A stretch of 12,608 bases of DNA from a virus (IMGVR_UViG_2537562191_000063), one strand, 5' to 3'. Counted from the first letter of the stretch, positions 1-7,126 are shown. Made by a program: numbers and translations. The notes: generated from the sequence alone by a model not told the origin.

Positions 1-288
1 ATAAGCGGAAGCCTGGCGAAGGATATCGTTACTGCGGCGCAGTTCACGATTTTCACGTTCCAGCTCTTTCAGACGCTGACGTTCAGCGCTGGTGAGCCCA
101 CCATCACCGCCCCCGGTATCCCGCTCATGCTGGCGAACCCAGACACGCAGAGTCTCCGGCGTACAGCCAATCTTTGGGGCAATGGAACAAATTGCCGCCC
201 ACTGTGAGTCATATTCATCCTGACTTTCCAGAACCATACGAATCGCCCGCTGACGGACTTCGGGGGAAAAACGAGTATTTTTAGTCAT
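1..288 (-). CDS. IS3-family transposase OrfA (HTH subunit), N-terminal 96 codons; C-terminus off-window
   Basis: Minus-strand ATG at 288-286 preceded by GAGG; translation [64 protein letters not shown]...[16 protein letters not shown] matches my recollection of IS629/IS1203 OrfA. Not in the ORF track because it is open at the window edge. Confidence 0.85.
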   Translation of the reverse strand, partial: MTKNTRFSPEVRQRAIRMVLESQDEYDSQWAAICSIAPKIGCTPETLRVWVRQHERDTGGGDGGLTSAERQRLKELERENRELRRSNDILRQASAY

Positions 289-342
289 CCTGTTTACCTC
301 TTTCTCAGGGAGTTTAGTCTCCAGGATTTCCGGGGCGGTTCA
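1..342 (-). mobile_element. IS3-family insertion sequence (IS629/IS1203-like), partial; one terminus at 342
   Basis: Minus-strand 331-342 reads TGAACCGCCCCG, an IS3-family terminal inverted repeat ending in TG/CA, followed inward by the OrfA gene. The rest of the element lies beyond the window start. Confidence 0.8.
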
Positions 343-507
343 CGTCGTTATACAATTCAATAACTGGCTCAATTATTTTTCCGATTATCCAGACTAGGAT
401 TAACGGGGATATCGGTATCATCAACACGATAAACAGAATGAGAAACAGAAATTCTGTTGTTCTACTCTTTCGCGGATATTTTTTCTAAATAATGTGACCA
501 TTCATTA

Positions 508-523
508 CCGCCCTTTCGGGCGG
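508..523 (-). terminator. GC-rich hairpin (CCGCCC-tttc-GGGCGG) just downstream of the 70-aa gene; weak U-tract
   Basis: Perfect 6-bp GC stem with 4-nt loop, 11 nt beyond the stop at 534-536. On the minus strand it is followed by TAATGAAT, so the U-tract is poor. Confidence 0.35.
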
Positions 524-533
524 CCTCCTGACA

Positions 534-746
534 TTAATCGTTGTGATAACTCATAGCTTCATTTGCAGCATCAACTGGATCAACCTCCCTCCAGCAATAA
601 TTTGGGTCGGCTCCTTCAGGCGTCCACGGTTCTAATTCATTTTTTGCCGCATTCTCATCGCCAGTAATTTTAAAAATCTGCTCAGAGAATTTTCTTGCCC
701 ACTCGTTATATTTTTCCGCATTAATGGCTTTCTGTGTATTTAACAT
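534..746 (-). CDS. hypothetical small protein (70 aa)
   Basis: ORF with ATG at 746-744, GGAGG 8 nt upstream, and an AT-rich putative promoter region at 747-851. No family recognised. Confidence 0.55.
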   Translation of the reverse strand: MLNTQKAINAEKYNEWARKFSEQIFKITGDENAAKNELEPWTPEGADPNYCWREVDPVDAANEAMSYHND

Positions 747-851
747 AAATATACCTCCAGTTAAGGATTAAATTTTATTTACAGTGCTGAACTTAATTAT
801 TCAGATTTGGATTATGCTTTCTCTTCACGAAGTTCCGATTGTTAATTTGGC

Positions 852-1274
852 TCACAACAGCACCTTCTGAAAATTACCCTGATAGAAAGCCAGTACACGC
901 TGCATAGCTTCGCTCTTCCGGCACTCGCTACAGATTATGTTCAGACGCCTGTCGTAGCGGCGTATTTCTCCGTCTGGTAATGACCAGATAAGATCCGGAT
1001 CAACCACAACCGGTTTCTTCACCTTTGCCCTTGATAGTTTTTTGCGGGCGTTTTGCCAGTCTTTACGCGCCTGCTCAGACGGGAATAATCCGTAGCCTGA
1101 ATTGTAAACATCACCACTGGCGACCAGTTCTCTGGCGAGAGTGCTTATGTAATACCTTGATGCACCGGTTTTAGCCTCCAGAGCCCGTAACGTCTCGCGA
1201 CCGCTCAGACGTACAAGTTCAACAACCTGCCCTTTAATTTTTTCCCGCTCTTCTGGTGTAAATACTTTTGCCAT
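852..1274 (-). CDS. hypothetical protein, possible HTH DNA-binding (140 aa from the ATG at 1274)
   Basis: The ORF is open from 1289, but the ATG at 1274-1272 has GGAGG 5-6 nt upstream and lies after the upstream gene's stop (1290-1292). Segment TLRALEAKTGASRYYISTLARELV looks HTH-like; a C-terminal CSEC motif is present. Confidence 0.6.
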   Translation of the reverse strand: MAKVFTPEEREKIKGQVVELVRLSGRETLRALEAKTGASRYYISTLARELVASGDVYNSGYGLFPSEQARKDWQNARKKLSRAKVKKPVVVDPDLIWSLPDGEIRRYDRRLNIICSECRKSEAMQRVLAFYQGNFQKVLL

Positions 1275-1289
1275 AGGTGCCTCCGGCAA

Positions 1290-2051
1290 TCACTTTTCCG
1301 ACACAATACGACTGGAGGAATCGAAAATCTGTCGAACAATATCCCGGTGCTTGTTCAGCTCCCGCAGCGCGGCGCAGACTCGCTCCCACTTCTGGACATG
1401 ATTTTTCGCCCGACGCAGTTCGCGGTTTGCCATATGCAGCGATGGTAAAACCAGGTCATCCGCTCGCGTTTCAGTAAACGATGGCAGCGACTGCACAATG
1501 TCCGCCACCGTTTCTGTTTTAATATCTTCCTGTGTTGCAGCCTCCTGTACTGGTAACGCAACACCTGTGGGCTGAGGAAAGGCCTTACCATCAGTTTCCG
1601 CTACCGATGCTGCTTTCGGCTCTGCTGGTAAATTATCGCCCGGTATGCAGTAACGAAATTTACCGTTCTGGTTTACGCGAATCAGGCGTCCTTTGCTGAT
1701 AGCCATTGCCAGCGTTGAAGCTACTTTGCGTGATGTGGTACCGAACAATGTAGCCAACTCATCCGCCGTTTGTGGGCCACGTTGTTCAATCGTCGCGGTT
1801 AAATCGCACTCTGAGATTTTCGCTACTGTTGCCATGGTGGTTTCTTCCGGCAGCTCTGCCGGCGCTGGCTGTTCCTGCTGAACGTTGTTATCAGCCACGC
1901 GCCAGGTGTATACGCTTTTATCAACGAAGCCAGCCTTTTTCAGTTCCCACAGCTCGTTCAGCACTTCTTCTCGACTGATATCAAGTCGCGTAGCCAGTTC
2001 TACCGACGTGGCTTTTCCCATCGCTTTCAGTGCGTCAAAAACGGTCTCCAT
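1290..2051 (-). CDS. hypothetical protein with two predicted winged-helix-like segments (253 aa)
   Basis: The track ORF extends to 2102, but the ATG at 2051-2049 has GGGAGG upstream and follows the ydaV stop (2074-2076). Starts [42 protein letters not shown]. Position after the DnaC-like gene suggests the intact version of a gene decayed in K-12 Rac; not verified. Confidence 0.6.
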   Translation of the reverse strand: METVFDALKAMGKATSVELATRLDISREEVLNELWELKKAGFVDKSVYTWRVADNNVQQEQPAPAELPEETTMATVAKISECDLTATIEQRGPQTADELATLFGTTSRKVASTLAMAISKGRLIRVNQNGKFRYCIPGDNLPAEPKAASVAETDGKAFPQPTGVALPVQEAATQEDIKTETVADIVQSLPSFTETRADDLVLPSLHMANRELRRAKNHVQKWERVCAALRELNKHRDIVRQIFDSSSRIVSEK

Positions 2052-2073
2052 TAAAATTTCCTCCCGGTAAAAA

Positions 2074-2820
2074 TTACTTCTCAATACCTGGCTGACCAAC
2101 ATTCGGGCGCCAGCTCTCCCAGTTAAAATTCACCCAGCGCCCGCCGTTCATGGTCATGCGATCCATAATCCGCTCGCCGAGCAATGTTTTCATGGCCTCA
2201 TAGTTCAGGTTTGTCAGCATCCCCACGCTGCGCATTGACGCTGTCCGGCGATCAACAATCTGGTGCAGTACCACCTGCTCGTTTTTCGTCTCGCGCTGAA
2301 TACCAATTTCATCAAGAACCAGCAGATCAACTTCGCACAGTTCCCGCAAAAATTTTTCGCCTGACTGCCCGTCGTCATAGCTGGCGTGCAGGGCGCTCAT
2401 AACATCAGCCACGGTAACCACAATCACTGTCTGGCCATCTTTCAGCAGGCGATTCCCGATAGCCGCCGCCAGATGGTTTTTTCCGGTACCAGGTTTTCCG
2501 CTGAACGCGAAATTTGTGCATCCGGTAACCAGTTCGTCAGCGATAGATTTCGCCTGACTCAACGCGTATCGCTGGCCGTCGTTCTGCACCTGGTAATTCG
2601 CAAACGAGCATTTGCGGTGCAACGGCTGTATGCCGGAGCGATTCAGGATTTTTTCCACCCGCAACTGACGATTCTGACGGTTGATCTCCTCACAACGTTT
2701 CTGGCCTTCTGCAAGTTGCCACTCGCGCCACTCCGCCACCGTCCTGAATGGCGCGGTTACATGTGGCGGGGCCAGTCTGCGGATACGTTCCAGAACGCCG
2801 CCTGTCGCAATATTTTTCAT
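2074..2820 (-). CDS. ydaV: DnaC/IstB-like AAA+ helicase loader, prophage replication protein (248 aa)
   Basis: Walker [14 protein letters not shown] and Walker [10 protein letters not shown] are present. Length matches my recollection of Rac YdaV (248 aa). Sits 6 nt downstream of ydaU. Confidence 0.85.
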   Translation of the reverse strand: MKNIATGGVLERIRRLAPPHVTAPFRTVAEWREWQLAEGQKRCEEINRQNRQLRVEKILNRSGIQPLHRKCSFANYQVQNDGQRYALSQAKSIADELVTGCTNFAFSGKPGTGKNHLAAAIGNRLLKDGQTVIVVTVADVMSALHASYDDGQSGEKFLRELCEVDLLVLDEIGIQRETKNEQVVLHQIVDRRTASMRSVGMLTNLNYEAMKTLLGERIMDRMTMNGGRWVNFNWESWRPNVGQPGIEK

Positions 2821-2826
2821 GGTCTG

Positions 2827-3615
2827 TTACCCCCTGAAGCCTGGCGGGATCGCACTGTCCGGAAACGAGACGGTGTTAATCTGTCGGAGCAACGTCTCTG
2901 GCCGAACACCTTTCGGCGCGAACAAGCCCTGGTATTCATTGGCGATGCTGTGTCGAATCACCTGCTCAGGTGAAAAACCCTGCTGGCGGAATTTTTCCAG
3001 CTCCCGTATCGCCCCGTTAGCGCCCTGCTCCGTTCGAATCGGTTTTCGCAATGCCTGCCTGAACTGAACCCACTCATGCCAGAGTGTTTCCGGCAACCAG
3101 TCAGGCAGCTCGATAGCCTCCGGTTCGAATTTTTTAGACGCTCGTTTTTGGCGAGGGGGATTTAGGGGGAGATAAGTATTTATATCTTCCTCTTTCTCTT
3201 CCTCTGGTAACGCTTTTTGATCCGTTTTTGTAACGCTGGCAGCGTTACCTTTTCGTTTCAGTTCTCGTATTTTTGTTACTCTCTCGTTTGTAACCGCCCG
3301 TTTTTTAGAGCTTTTCCCGTTATGGCGCTCAAAGTTAGGAAGCGACAACACACCATTAGTTTCGACCAGCCATCCAACCTGAATTAACGCATCAGCAAAA
3401 CCAGCCATAAAAGTGATGCGATCTATTGCACTTTTTGTAACGCCGCGAGCGTTACACTCTGCGTTACCGTCTATCATTTGTTGATCCGCCCATGCCCAGA
3501 AGCGAATGACTTTCCCTAATGCGGCATCTGGATCAATATTCAGAATCTCAGCAAGCCTGAATATTTCCGGCTTATCCGGCGTAATAACTTCGAGCTTTAT
3601 CCAGTTTGAAGCCAT
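2827..3615 (-). CDS. ydaU: prophage replication-module protein, YdaU-like (262 aa)
   Basis: ATG at 3615-3613 with AGGTGA upstream; an in-frame TGA 3 codons upstream rules out an N-terminal extension. Immediately precedes the DnaC-like gene, in the position of lambda O relative to P. Contains the palindromic repeats described in findings. Confidence 0.7.
   Translation of the reverse strand: MASNWIKLEVITPDKPEIFRLAEILNIDPDAALGKVIRFWAWADQQMIDGNAECNARGVTKSAIDRITFMAGFADALIQVGWLVETNGVLSLPNFERHNGKSSKKRAVTNERVTKIRELKRKGNAASVTKTDQKALPEEEKEEDINTYLPLNPPRQKRASKKFEPEAIELPDWLPETLWHEWVQFRQALRKPIRTEQGANGAIRELEKFRQQGFSPEQVIRHSIANEYQGLFAPKGVRPETLLRQINTVSFPDSAIPPGFRG
3230..3248. repeat. 19-bp palindrome GTAACGCTGGCAGCGTTAC (copy 1 of 3), inside ydaU
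   Basis: Near-perfect dyad read directly from the sequence. An extra half-site GTAACGC lies at 3208-3214. Confidence 0.9.
3437..3455. repeat. 19-bp palindrome GTAACGCCGCGAGCGTTAC (copy 2 of 3), inside ydaU
   Basis: Dyad read directly from the sequence. An extra half-site GCGTTAC lies at 3461-3467. Confidence 0.9.
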
Positions 3616-3628
3616 TTGTTTTCACCTT

Positions 3629-3647
3629 GTAACGCTCGCAGCGTTAC
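3629..3647. repeat. 19-bp palindrome GTAACGCTCGCAGCGTTAC (copy 3 of 3), in the ydaT-ydaU intergenic region 14 nt upstream of the ydaU start
   Basis: Perfect 8-bp arms (GTAACGCT / AGCGTTAC) read directly from the sequence; lies immediately upstream of the ydaU ribosome-binding site. Confidence 0.9.
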
Positions 3648-3657
3648 ATTTAACTGA

Positions 3658-3679
3658 TACCGAACAAAACAGTTCGGTA
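3658..3679 (-). other. 8-bp inverted repeat / hairpin (TACCGAAC-aaaaca-GTTCGGTA) between ydaT and ydaU
   Basis: Perfect 8-bp stem with 6-nt loop, 14 nt after the ydaT stop. No U-tract follows on either strand. Confidence 0.5.
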
Positions 3680-3692
3680 CGATTAATTTCAA

Positions 3693-4115
3693 TCAATGCA
3701 CTACGACAGAATCGCTAGGAGAACCGCCGCCGCTGAAATGTGCTTTACGGTAAACGGCCTGGACTGCATCATCATGCGCATCAATTGCCGTACTCAGTGC
3801 ATCCTGTGCCGCCAGTAATGCACGGCGTTCCAGGGTATCGAAGATGCAGAGTCGGTGACGCAGCTCGCGAGGAAGAATTGCCAGAACCGCAGGGATCAGT
3901 TTCTGAATTTTTTCCCTTTGCGCATTCGTTTCACCTTTCAACCAACGATGATAGATATTCTGCTGATTGTTCCAGTCCTTGCCTGGTACCAGGGGCAATT
4001 CGCCGCCCCCCTGGCGCAGATATTCTTCAGTAATTGCGTTAGCGACCCACGCCTGCCCTTTTTCGGCTGCCAGGGCTAACAACACTGATTCGATGTGCTC
4101 ATGCTTGATTTTCAT
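3693..4115 (-). CDS. ydaT: YdaT-like protein (140 aa), reported toxic/CII-like partner of YdaS
   Basis: ATG at 4115-4113 with GGGAG upstream; start overlaps the ydaS stop (ATGA), implying translational coupling. Length and sequence (MKIKHEHIESVLLALAAEKGQAWVANAITEEY...) match my recollection of Rac YdaT. Confidence 0.8.
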   Translation of the reverse strand: MKIKHEHIESVLLALAAEKGQAWVANAITEEYLRQGGGELPLVPGKDWNNQQNIYHRWLKGETNAQREKIQKLIPAVLAILPRELRHRLCIFDTLERRALLAAQDALSTAIDAHDDAVQAVYRKAHFSGGGSPSDSVVVH

Positions 4116-4366
4116 GAATCAACTCCCATCAGCTTTTTCGTAGTAGTTTTATTTCTGCCAATAGTTAAAATTGCATCGGCAGAAAATAATCCGTTTGATG
4201 CATGAGCGATTTTTTCAGCGTAATTTGTTTCGCCGGTATATTCTGTGCGAGGCAATTTACCGTTATCCATCCATTTGTAGATTGCTCTTTGGCTGACACC
4301 ACAAACGTCGGCCACAACAGAAACGCGAACAGTTTTGATTACATCTTCAAGTGTTTTCTGGTTCAT
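4112..4366 (-). CDS. ydaS: Cro-like HTH protein, YdaS family (84 aa from the ATG at 4366; the ORF is open from 4438)
   Basis: The internal ATG at 4366-4364 has GAGGGTGA 5-6 nt upstream, whereas the ATG at 4438 has none. Segment VADVCGVSQRAIYKWMDNGKLP is HTH-like. Divergent from the repressor gene. Confidence 0.7.
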   Translation of the reverse strand: MNQKTLEDVIKTVRVSVVADVCGVSQRAIYKWMDNGKLPRTEYTGETNYAEKIAHASNGLFSADAILTIGRNKTTTKKLMGVDS

Positions 4367-4380
4367 ATCACCCTCACAAT

Positions 4381-4453
4381 GTGAACTTTGAGTACATGCT
4401 ATAACAGAACTGACAGTACATTCAAGAGCGAATATCATTGAACTTATGGTTCA
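4381..4453. promoter_or_regulatory. divergent promoter/operator region (OR-like) between ydaS and the repressor gene
   Basis: Direct repeats AGTACAT at 4391-4397 and 4415-4421 (24 bp apart); TGAACTT at 4382-4388 and 4439-4445; inverted repeat TGAAC-ttatg-GTTCA (4439-4453) centred on the repressor ATG. Confidence 0.55.
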
Positions 4454-4865
4454 TGAAGATAAAGCGCGTAAAGAGTTCGCCAGTAGGCTTGCGCTAGCCT
4501 GTGAAAACGCTGGTTATGAACAACATGGAAGGCAGGCAGAAATTGCCCGTCGAATGAAATTAACACCAAAAGCGGTTAGCAAATGGTTTAATGGTGAAAC
4601 AATTCCTCGCCGAGAGAAATTAAGGGAATTAGCAACACTCATTGGAACAACACCAACCTATCTTTTGGGAGAGGATACAGAAGAAAGTGGACAGATACGT
4701 TTCTATCAGGAGTTAAATCCAAGACAAAAAATCATCATTGACCTTCTGGACGAGCTCCCTGACAGTGAGACAGATGAACTTTTAAAAACTCTTGAGGAGA
4801 AAAAACAGAAGTACAATGCAATTTACGAAGAGTTAGCACGAAAGAAAAAACAAAAAGCCTCTTAA
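4446..4865 (+). CDS. racR: XRE/CI-type prophage repressor (139 aa), RacR-like
   Basis: N-terminal HTH (GRQAEIARRMKLTPKAVSKWFNGETIP), divergent from the Cro-like gene, charged C-terminus. No SD upstream of the ATG at 4446, so the transcript may be leaderless or use a short leader. My recollection of K-12 RacR is 158 aa, so the start or allele may differ. Confidence 0.7.
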   Translation: MVHEDKARKEFASRLALACENAGYEQHGRQAEIARRMKLTPKAVSKWFNGETIPRREKLRELATLIGTTPTYLLGEDTEESGQIRFYQELNPRQKIIIDLLDELPDSETDELLKTLEEKKQKYNAIYEELARKKKQKAS

Positions 4866-4934
4866 ACCAGCATAAATCCGGTAGCGTCCCCCTCCGGGTT
4901 TGTGCTTCACTTTATCCCGTCTCATTTTTTTATA

Positions 4935-4990
4935 CATAAAATGTACTTAAAGTACTTTACAATGATGAACACAAAGTACATTATATACCT
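4935..4990 (+). promoter_or_regulatory. operator/promoter-like region (OL/PL-like) downstream of the repressor
   Basis: Same motif as at 4391/4415: 13-bp palindrome GTACTTAAAGTAC (4943-4955), inverted ATGTACT (4941-4947), AGTACT (4951-4956) and AGTACAT (4975-4981), again 24 bp apart. TTTACA at 4956-4961 could serve as a -35 element, followed by an AT-rich -10 candidate near 4980-4987. Confidence 0.5.
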
Positions 4991-5152
4991 ACCAACCCAC
5001 CCCGCCCCACAGAACGCCGGGCAATACTTCGAGTTACCAGGCAGTGGTCAGGGGTTAAGTAGCCAGCCCGAGGCGTATGAACATGACGGCGGGATTCAAA
5101 TTTTGCAGTGCAGCAGTTAGTTCCGCCACCCGGCGTTAAGGGGATAGATAAG

Positions 5153-5287
5153 ATGGTGCATTACGAAGTAGTTCAGTATTTGATGGATTGTTGCGGTATC
5201 ACTTACAACCAGGCTGTGCAGGCTTTACGCAGCAACGACTGGGATCTCTGGCAGGCAGAAGTCGCTATACGTAGCAACAAGATGTGA
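5153..5287 (+). CDS. ydaG: small prophage protein YdaG (44 aa)
   Basis: ATG at 5153 with AAGGGGA upstream; translation MVHYEVVQYLMDCCGITYNQAVQALRSNDWDLWQAEVAIRSNKM. Length matches recollected Rac YdaG. Below the ORF-track size cutoff. Confidence 0.7.
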   Translation: MVHYEVVQYLMDCCGITYNQAVQALRSNDWDLWQAEVAIRSNKM

Positions 5288-5297
5288 GATTCGCAAA

Positions 5298-5453
5298 ATG
5301 CAAAAAATCGACCTCGGCAACAACGAATCCCTGGTGTGCGGCGTGTTCCCCAACCAGGATGGAACGTTCACTGCCATGACGTATACCAAAAGCAAAACAT
5401 TTAAAACCGAAACTGGTGCGCGCCGATGGTTGGAGAAGCACACAGTAAGCTAA
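5298..5453 (+). CDS. ydaF: small prophage protein YdaF (51 aa)
   Basis: ATG at 5298; translation MQKIDLGNNESLVCGVFPNQDGTFTAMTYTKSKTFKTETGARRWLEKHTVS. Length matches recollected Rac YdaF. Its 3' end overlaps the convergent sieB 3' end by 4 nt. Confidence 0.7.
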   Translation: MQKIDLGNNESLVCGVFPNQDGTFTAMTYTKSKTFKTETGARRWLEKHTVS

Positions 5454-5938
5454 CGATTAAAACGTCTACTCCTGCTGTTCCAGAATAACTTCATAAAATG
5501 GGAGTATTTTTCGGTGACGAGATAATAAGAACAGTTTGCGCTATCACTCTGATGTTGAATGATGCCCTTCCGTTCTAATTTTTTCATAACCGGGTTACGG
5601 CAAGGAGAAGTGATAATAAGATTTCCTGTTTTAAGGAAATCTTTAAATACAGCGATTTCTTTCTCAGATAAACGAAGCAATACTCGTTGCTCTGGTAGTA
5701 ATGAATAATGCTTTTGAATATGTGCTCGCAATCTTGAGAAGGAAATGGCGACCACGAAAGAAAAGGCAAAAACGATAATCTGAAAGAGCCAAGGTATTTC
5801 AGTATAAGCATTGAATGCGACAGTAAACTCTTTCGGTATCAGCCAGAGAGTGAGACCAAAAATGATAATCGTATACATAAGTCTTTCGAGTGGCTCGTTA
5901 GCAAAAAGTTTCAACAATGGAGTAAATACATCCAACAT
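5450..5938 (-). CDS. sieB: superinfection exclusion protein B (162 aa), membrane protein
   Basis: Start taken at the internal ATG 5938-5936 (MLDVFTPLLKLFANEPLERLMYTIIIFGLTLWLIP...), with GAGAG upstream, giving 162 aa as recalled for Rac SieB. Hydrophobic segments are present. The 41-codon upstream extension in the ORF track is rejected. Confidence 0.85.
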   Translation of the reverse strand: MLDVFTPLLKLFANEPLERLMYTIIIFGLTLWLIPKEFTVAFNAYTEIPWLFQIIVFAFSFVVAISFSRLRAHIQKHYSLLPEQRVLLRLSEKEIAVFKDFLKTGNLIITSPCRNPVMKKLERKGIIQHQSDSANCSYYLVTEKYSHFMKLFWNSRSRRFNR

Positions 5939-6156
5939 ATCAATAACTCTCAACTGTAAGGGTATTGAAATGTTAACACAAGCTCTCGCTGTAGGGGTAT
6001 AGCCGAGACCACCGAAGCCCGGAGGTGGTGAAATAAAACCGGGCACAACACGAAGGCGCATTTCCGATATCCATAAAGAGTCGGTCTTGTCTGTTAAATT
6101 TAAATGGTGGGAGTGCGCCTCCGGTTGTAAATAACGACATTGCTGTGTGTAGTCCT

Positions 6157-6204
6157 GGCGGCATCAGTTTTTTTCTTGAAGTTCGGCTGATGTCCGCCCT
6201 TTTT
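6157..6204 (+). terminator. candidate intrinsic terminator in the sieB-kilR spacer
   Basis: GGCGGCATCAG (6157-6167) pairs with CTGATGTCCGCC (6187-6198) as an 11-bp stem with one bulge; loop is 19 nt; followed by CTTTTTAAAG. On the minus strand no U-tract follows. Confidence 0.45.
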
Positions 6205-6379
6205 AAAGTGAATTTTGTGATGCGGTGAATGCGGCTAAGCGCACGTGGCACAGTTAAAAGTCATGTTAGTCCTTATTGGTTTGGGTGGGAAAGCCGACTG
6301 TAATTGTTAACTGGTTGCAGTCACCTGGAGGCACCAGGCACCGCATCAACAAAGTTCATTTGTAAAAATGGAGATAATT

Positions 6380-6601
6380 ATGATTGCACATCACTTCGGA
6401 ACTGATGAAATACCACGTCAGTGTGTGACTCCTGGCGATTATGTTCTTCATGAAGGCCGGACATATATTGCCTCGGCAAACAATATTAAAAAGCGAAAAC
6501 TATATATTCGTAACCTGACCACAAAAACATGCATTACTGACCGCATGATTAAAGTCTTCCTCGGTCGTGATGGTTTACCTGTAAAGGCGGAGTCATGGTG
6601 A
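6380..6601 (+). CDS. kilR: KilR, FtsZ-targeting cell-division inhibitor (73 aa)
   Basis: ATG at 6380 with GGAGA 7 nt upstream; [73 protein letters not shown] matches recollected KilR. Confidence 0.85.
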   Translation: MIAHHFGTDEIPRQCVTPGDYVLHEGRTYIASANNIKKRKLYIRNLTTKTCITDRMIKVFLGRDGLPVKAESW

Positions 6602-6771
6602 TGACTAAGAAAATAAAATGTGCTTACCACCTTTGCAAAAAAGACGTTGAAGAAAGCAAAGCTATTGAAAGAATGCTTCACTTCATGCACGGGATTTTAT
6701 CAAAAGACGAACCGAGAAAATATTGCAGTGAAGCTTGTGCCGAAAAAGACCAGATGGCACATGAACTTTAA
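6601..6771 (+). CDS. ydaE: YdaE (56 aa), Cys/His-rich small protein
   Basis: ATG at 6601 overlaps the kilR stop (TGATG); [56 protein letters not shown]. Below the ORF-track cutoff. Confidence 0.75.
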   Translation: MTKKIKCAYHLCKKDVEESKAIERMLHFMHGILSKDEPRKYCSEACAEKDQMAHEL

Positions 6772-6845
6772 TTAATTGACTATTCGAAACTGAATTTATG
6801 CCAGAAATGGCAGGTATTCGCTCAACCTTAATTAAGGAGAAAAAC

Positions 6846-7121
6846 ATGATTACCAATTATGAAGCCACTGTTGTAACTACCGATGACATTGTTCACGAGG
6901 TGAATCTGGAAGGAAAGCGCATTGGCTACGTAATTAAAACAGAAAATAAAGAAACCCCATTCACTGTGGTTGATATCGATGGTCCATCAGGCAACGTAAA
7001 AACACTTGATGAAGGTGTCAAAAAAATGTGCCTGGTGCATATCGGAAAGAATCTGCCCACAGAAAAAAAAGCCGAATTTCTGGCAACTCTAATTGCAATG
7101 AAATTAAAAGGTGAAATCTGA
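6846..7121 (+). CDS. racC: RacC (91 aa)
   Basis: ATG at 6846 with AAGGAG upstream; MITNYEATVVTTDDIVHEVNLEGKRIGYVIKTENKETPF... Length matches recollected RacC; the ORF-track start at 6798 is rejected. Confidence 0.85.
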   Translation: MITNYEATVVTTDDIVHEVNLEGKRIGYVIKTENKETPFTVVDIDGPSGNVKTLDEGVKKMCLVHIGKNLPTEKKAEFLATLIAMKLKGEI

Positions 7122-7126
7122 AAGAA

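Noticed and set aside
1277-3067. Plus-strand ORFs 1277-1477, 1693-1881, 1772-1978, 1885-2070, 2184-2402, 2386-2973, 2681-3067 and minus-strand ORF 1355-1591
   Set aside because: Overlap the minus-strand replication-module genes, either antisense or out of frame, with no start-site support and Ser/Arg/Pro-rich translations typical of shadow frames.
3208-3647. Interpreting the GTAACGC palindromes as lambda-type tandem ori iterons
   Set aside because: Lambda iterons are closely spaced tandem repeats next to an AT-rich segment; these copies are about 200 bp apart, so I report them only as unexplained palindromes with origin or regulatory function as hypotheses.
3740-4384. Plus-strand ORFs 3740-4033, 3855-4079 and 4202-4384 opposite ydaT/ydaS
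   Set aside because: Antisense to well-supported genes, with no ribosome-binding sites.
4902-5120. 72-aa plus-strand ORF downstream of the repressor, considered as a possible N-like antiterminator
   Set aside because: Starts at a non-ATG codon inside the operator-like repeats, has no SD and is not arginine-rich. I also found no convincing boxA/boxB-like nut hairpin downstream; only a weak 4-bp stem at about 5123-5135.
5450-6061. 203-aa extended sieB ORF from the track
   Set aside because: The first 41 codons are a low-complexity extension; the internal ATG at 5938 has a ribosome-binding site and gives the expected 162-aa protein.
5225-6690. ORFs 5225-5443 (-), 5584-5811 (-), 5811-6002 (+), 5973-6251 (-), 6448-6690 (-)
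   Set aside because: Overlap ydaG/ydaF, sieB or kilR/ydaE on the opposite strand or in another frame, or lie in the structured spacer without start signals; 5973-6251 in particular spans the hairpin region and has no SD.
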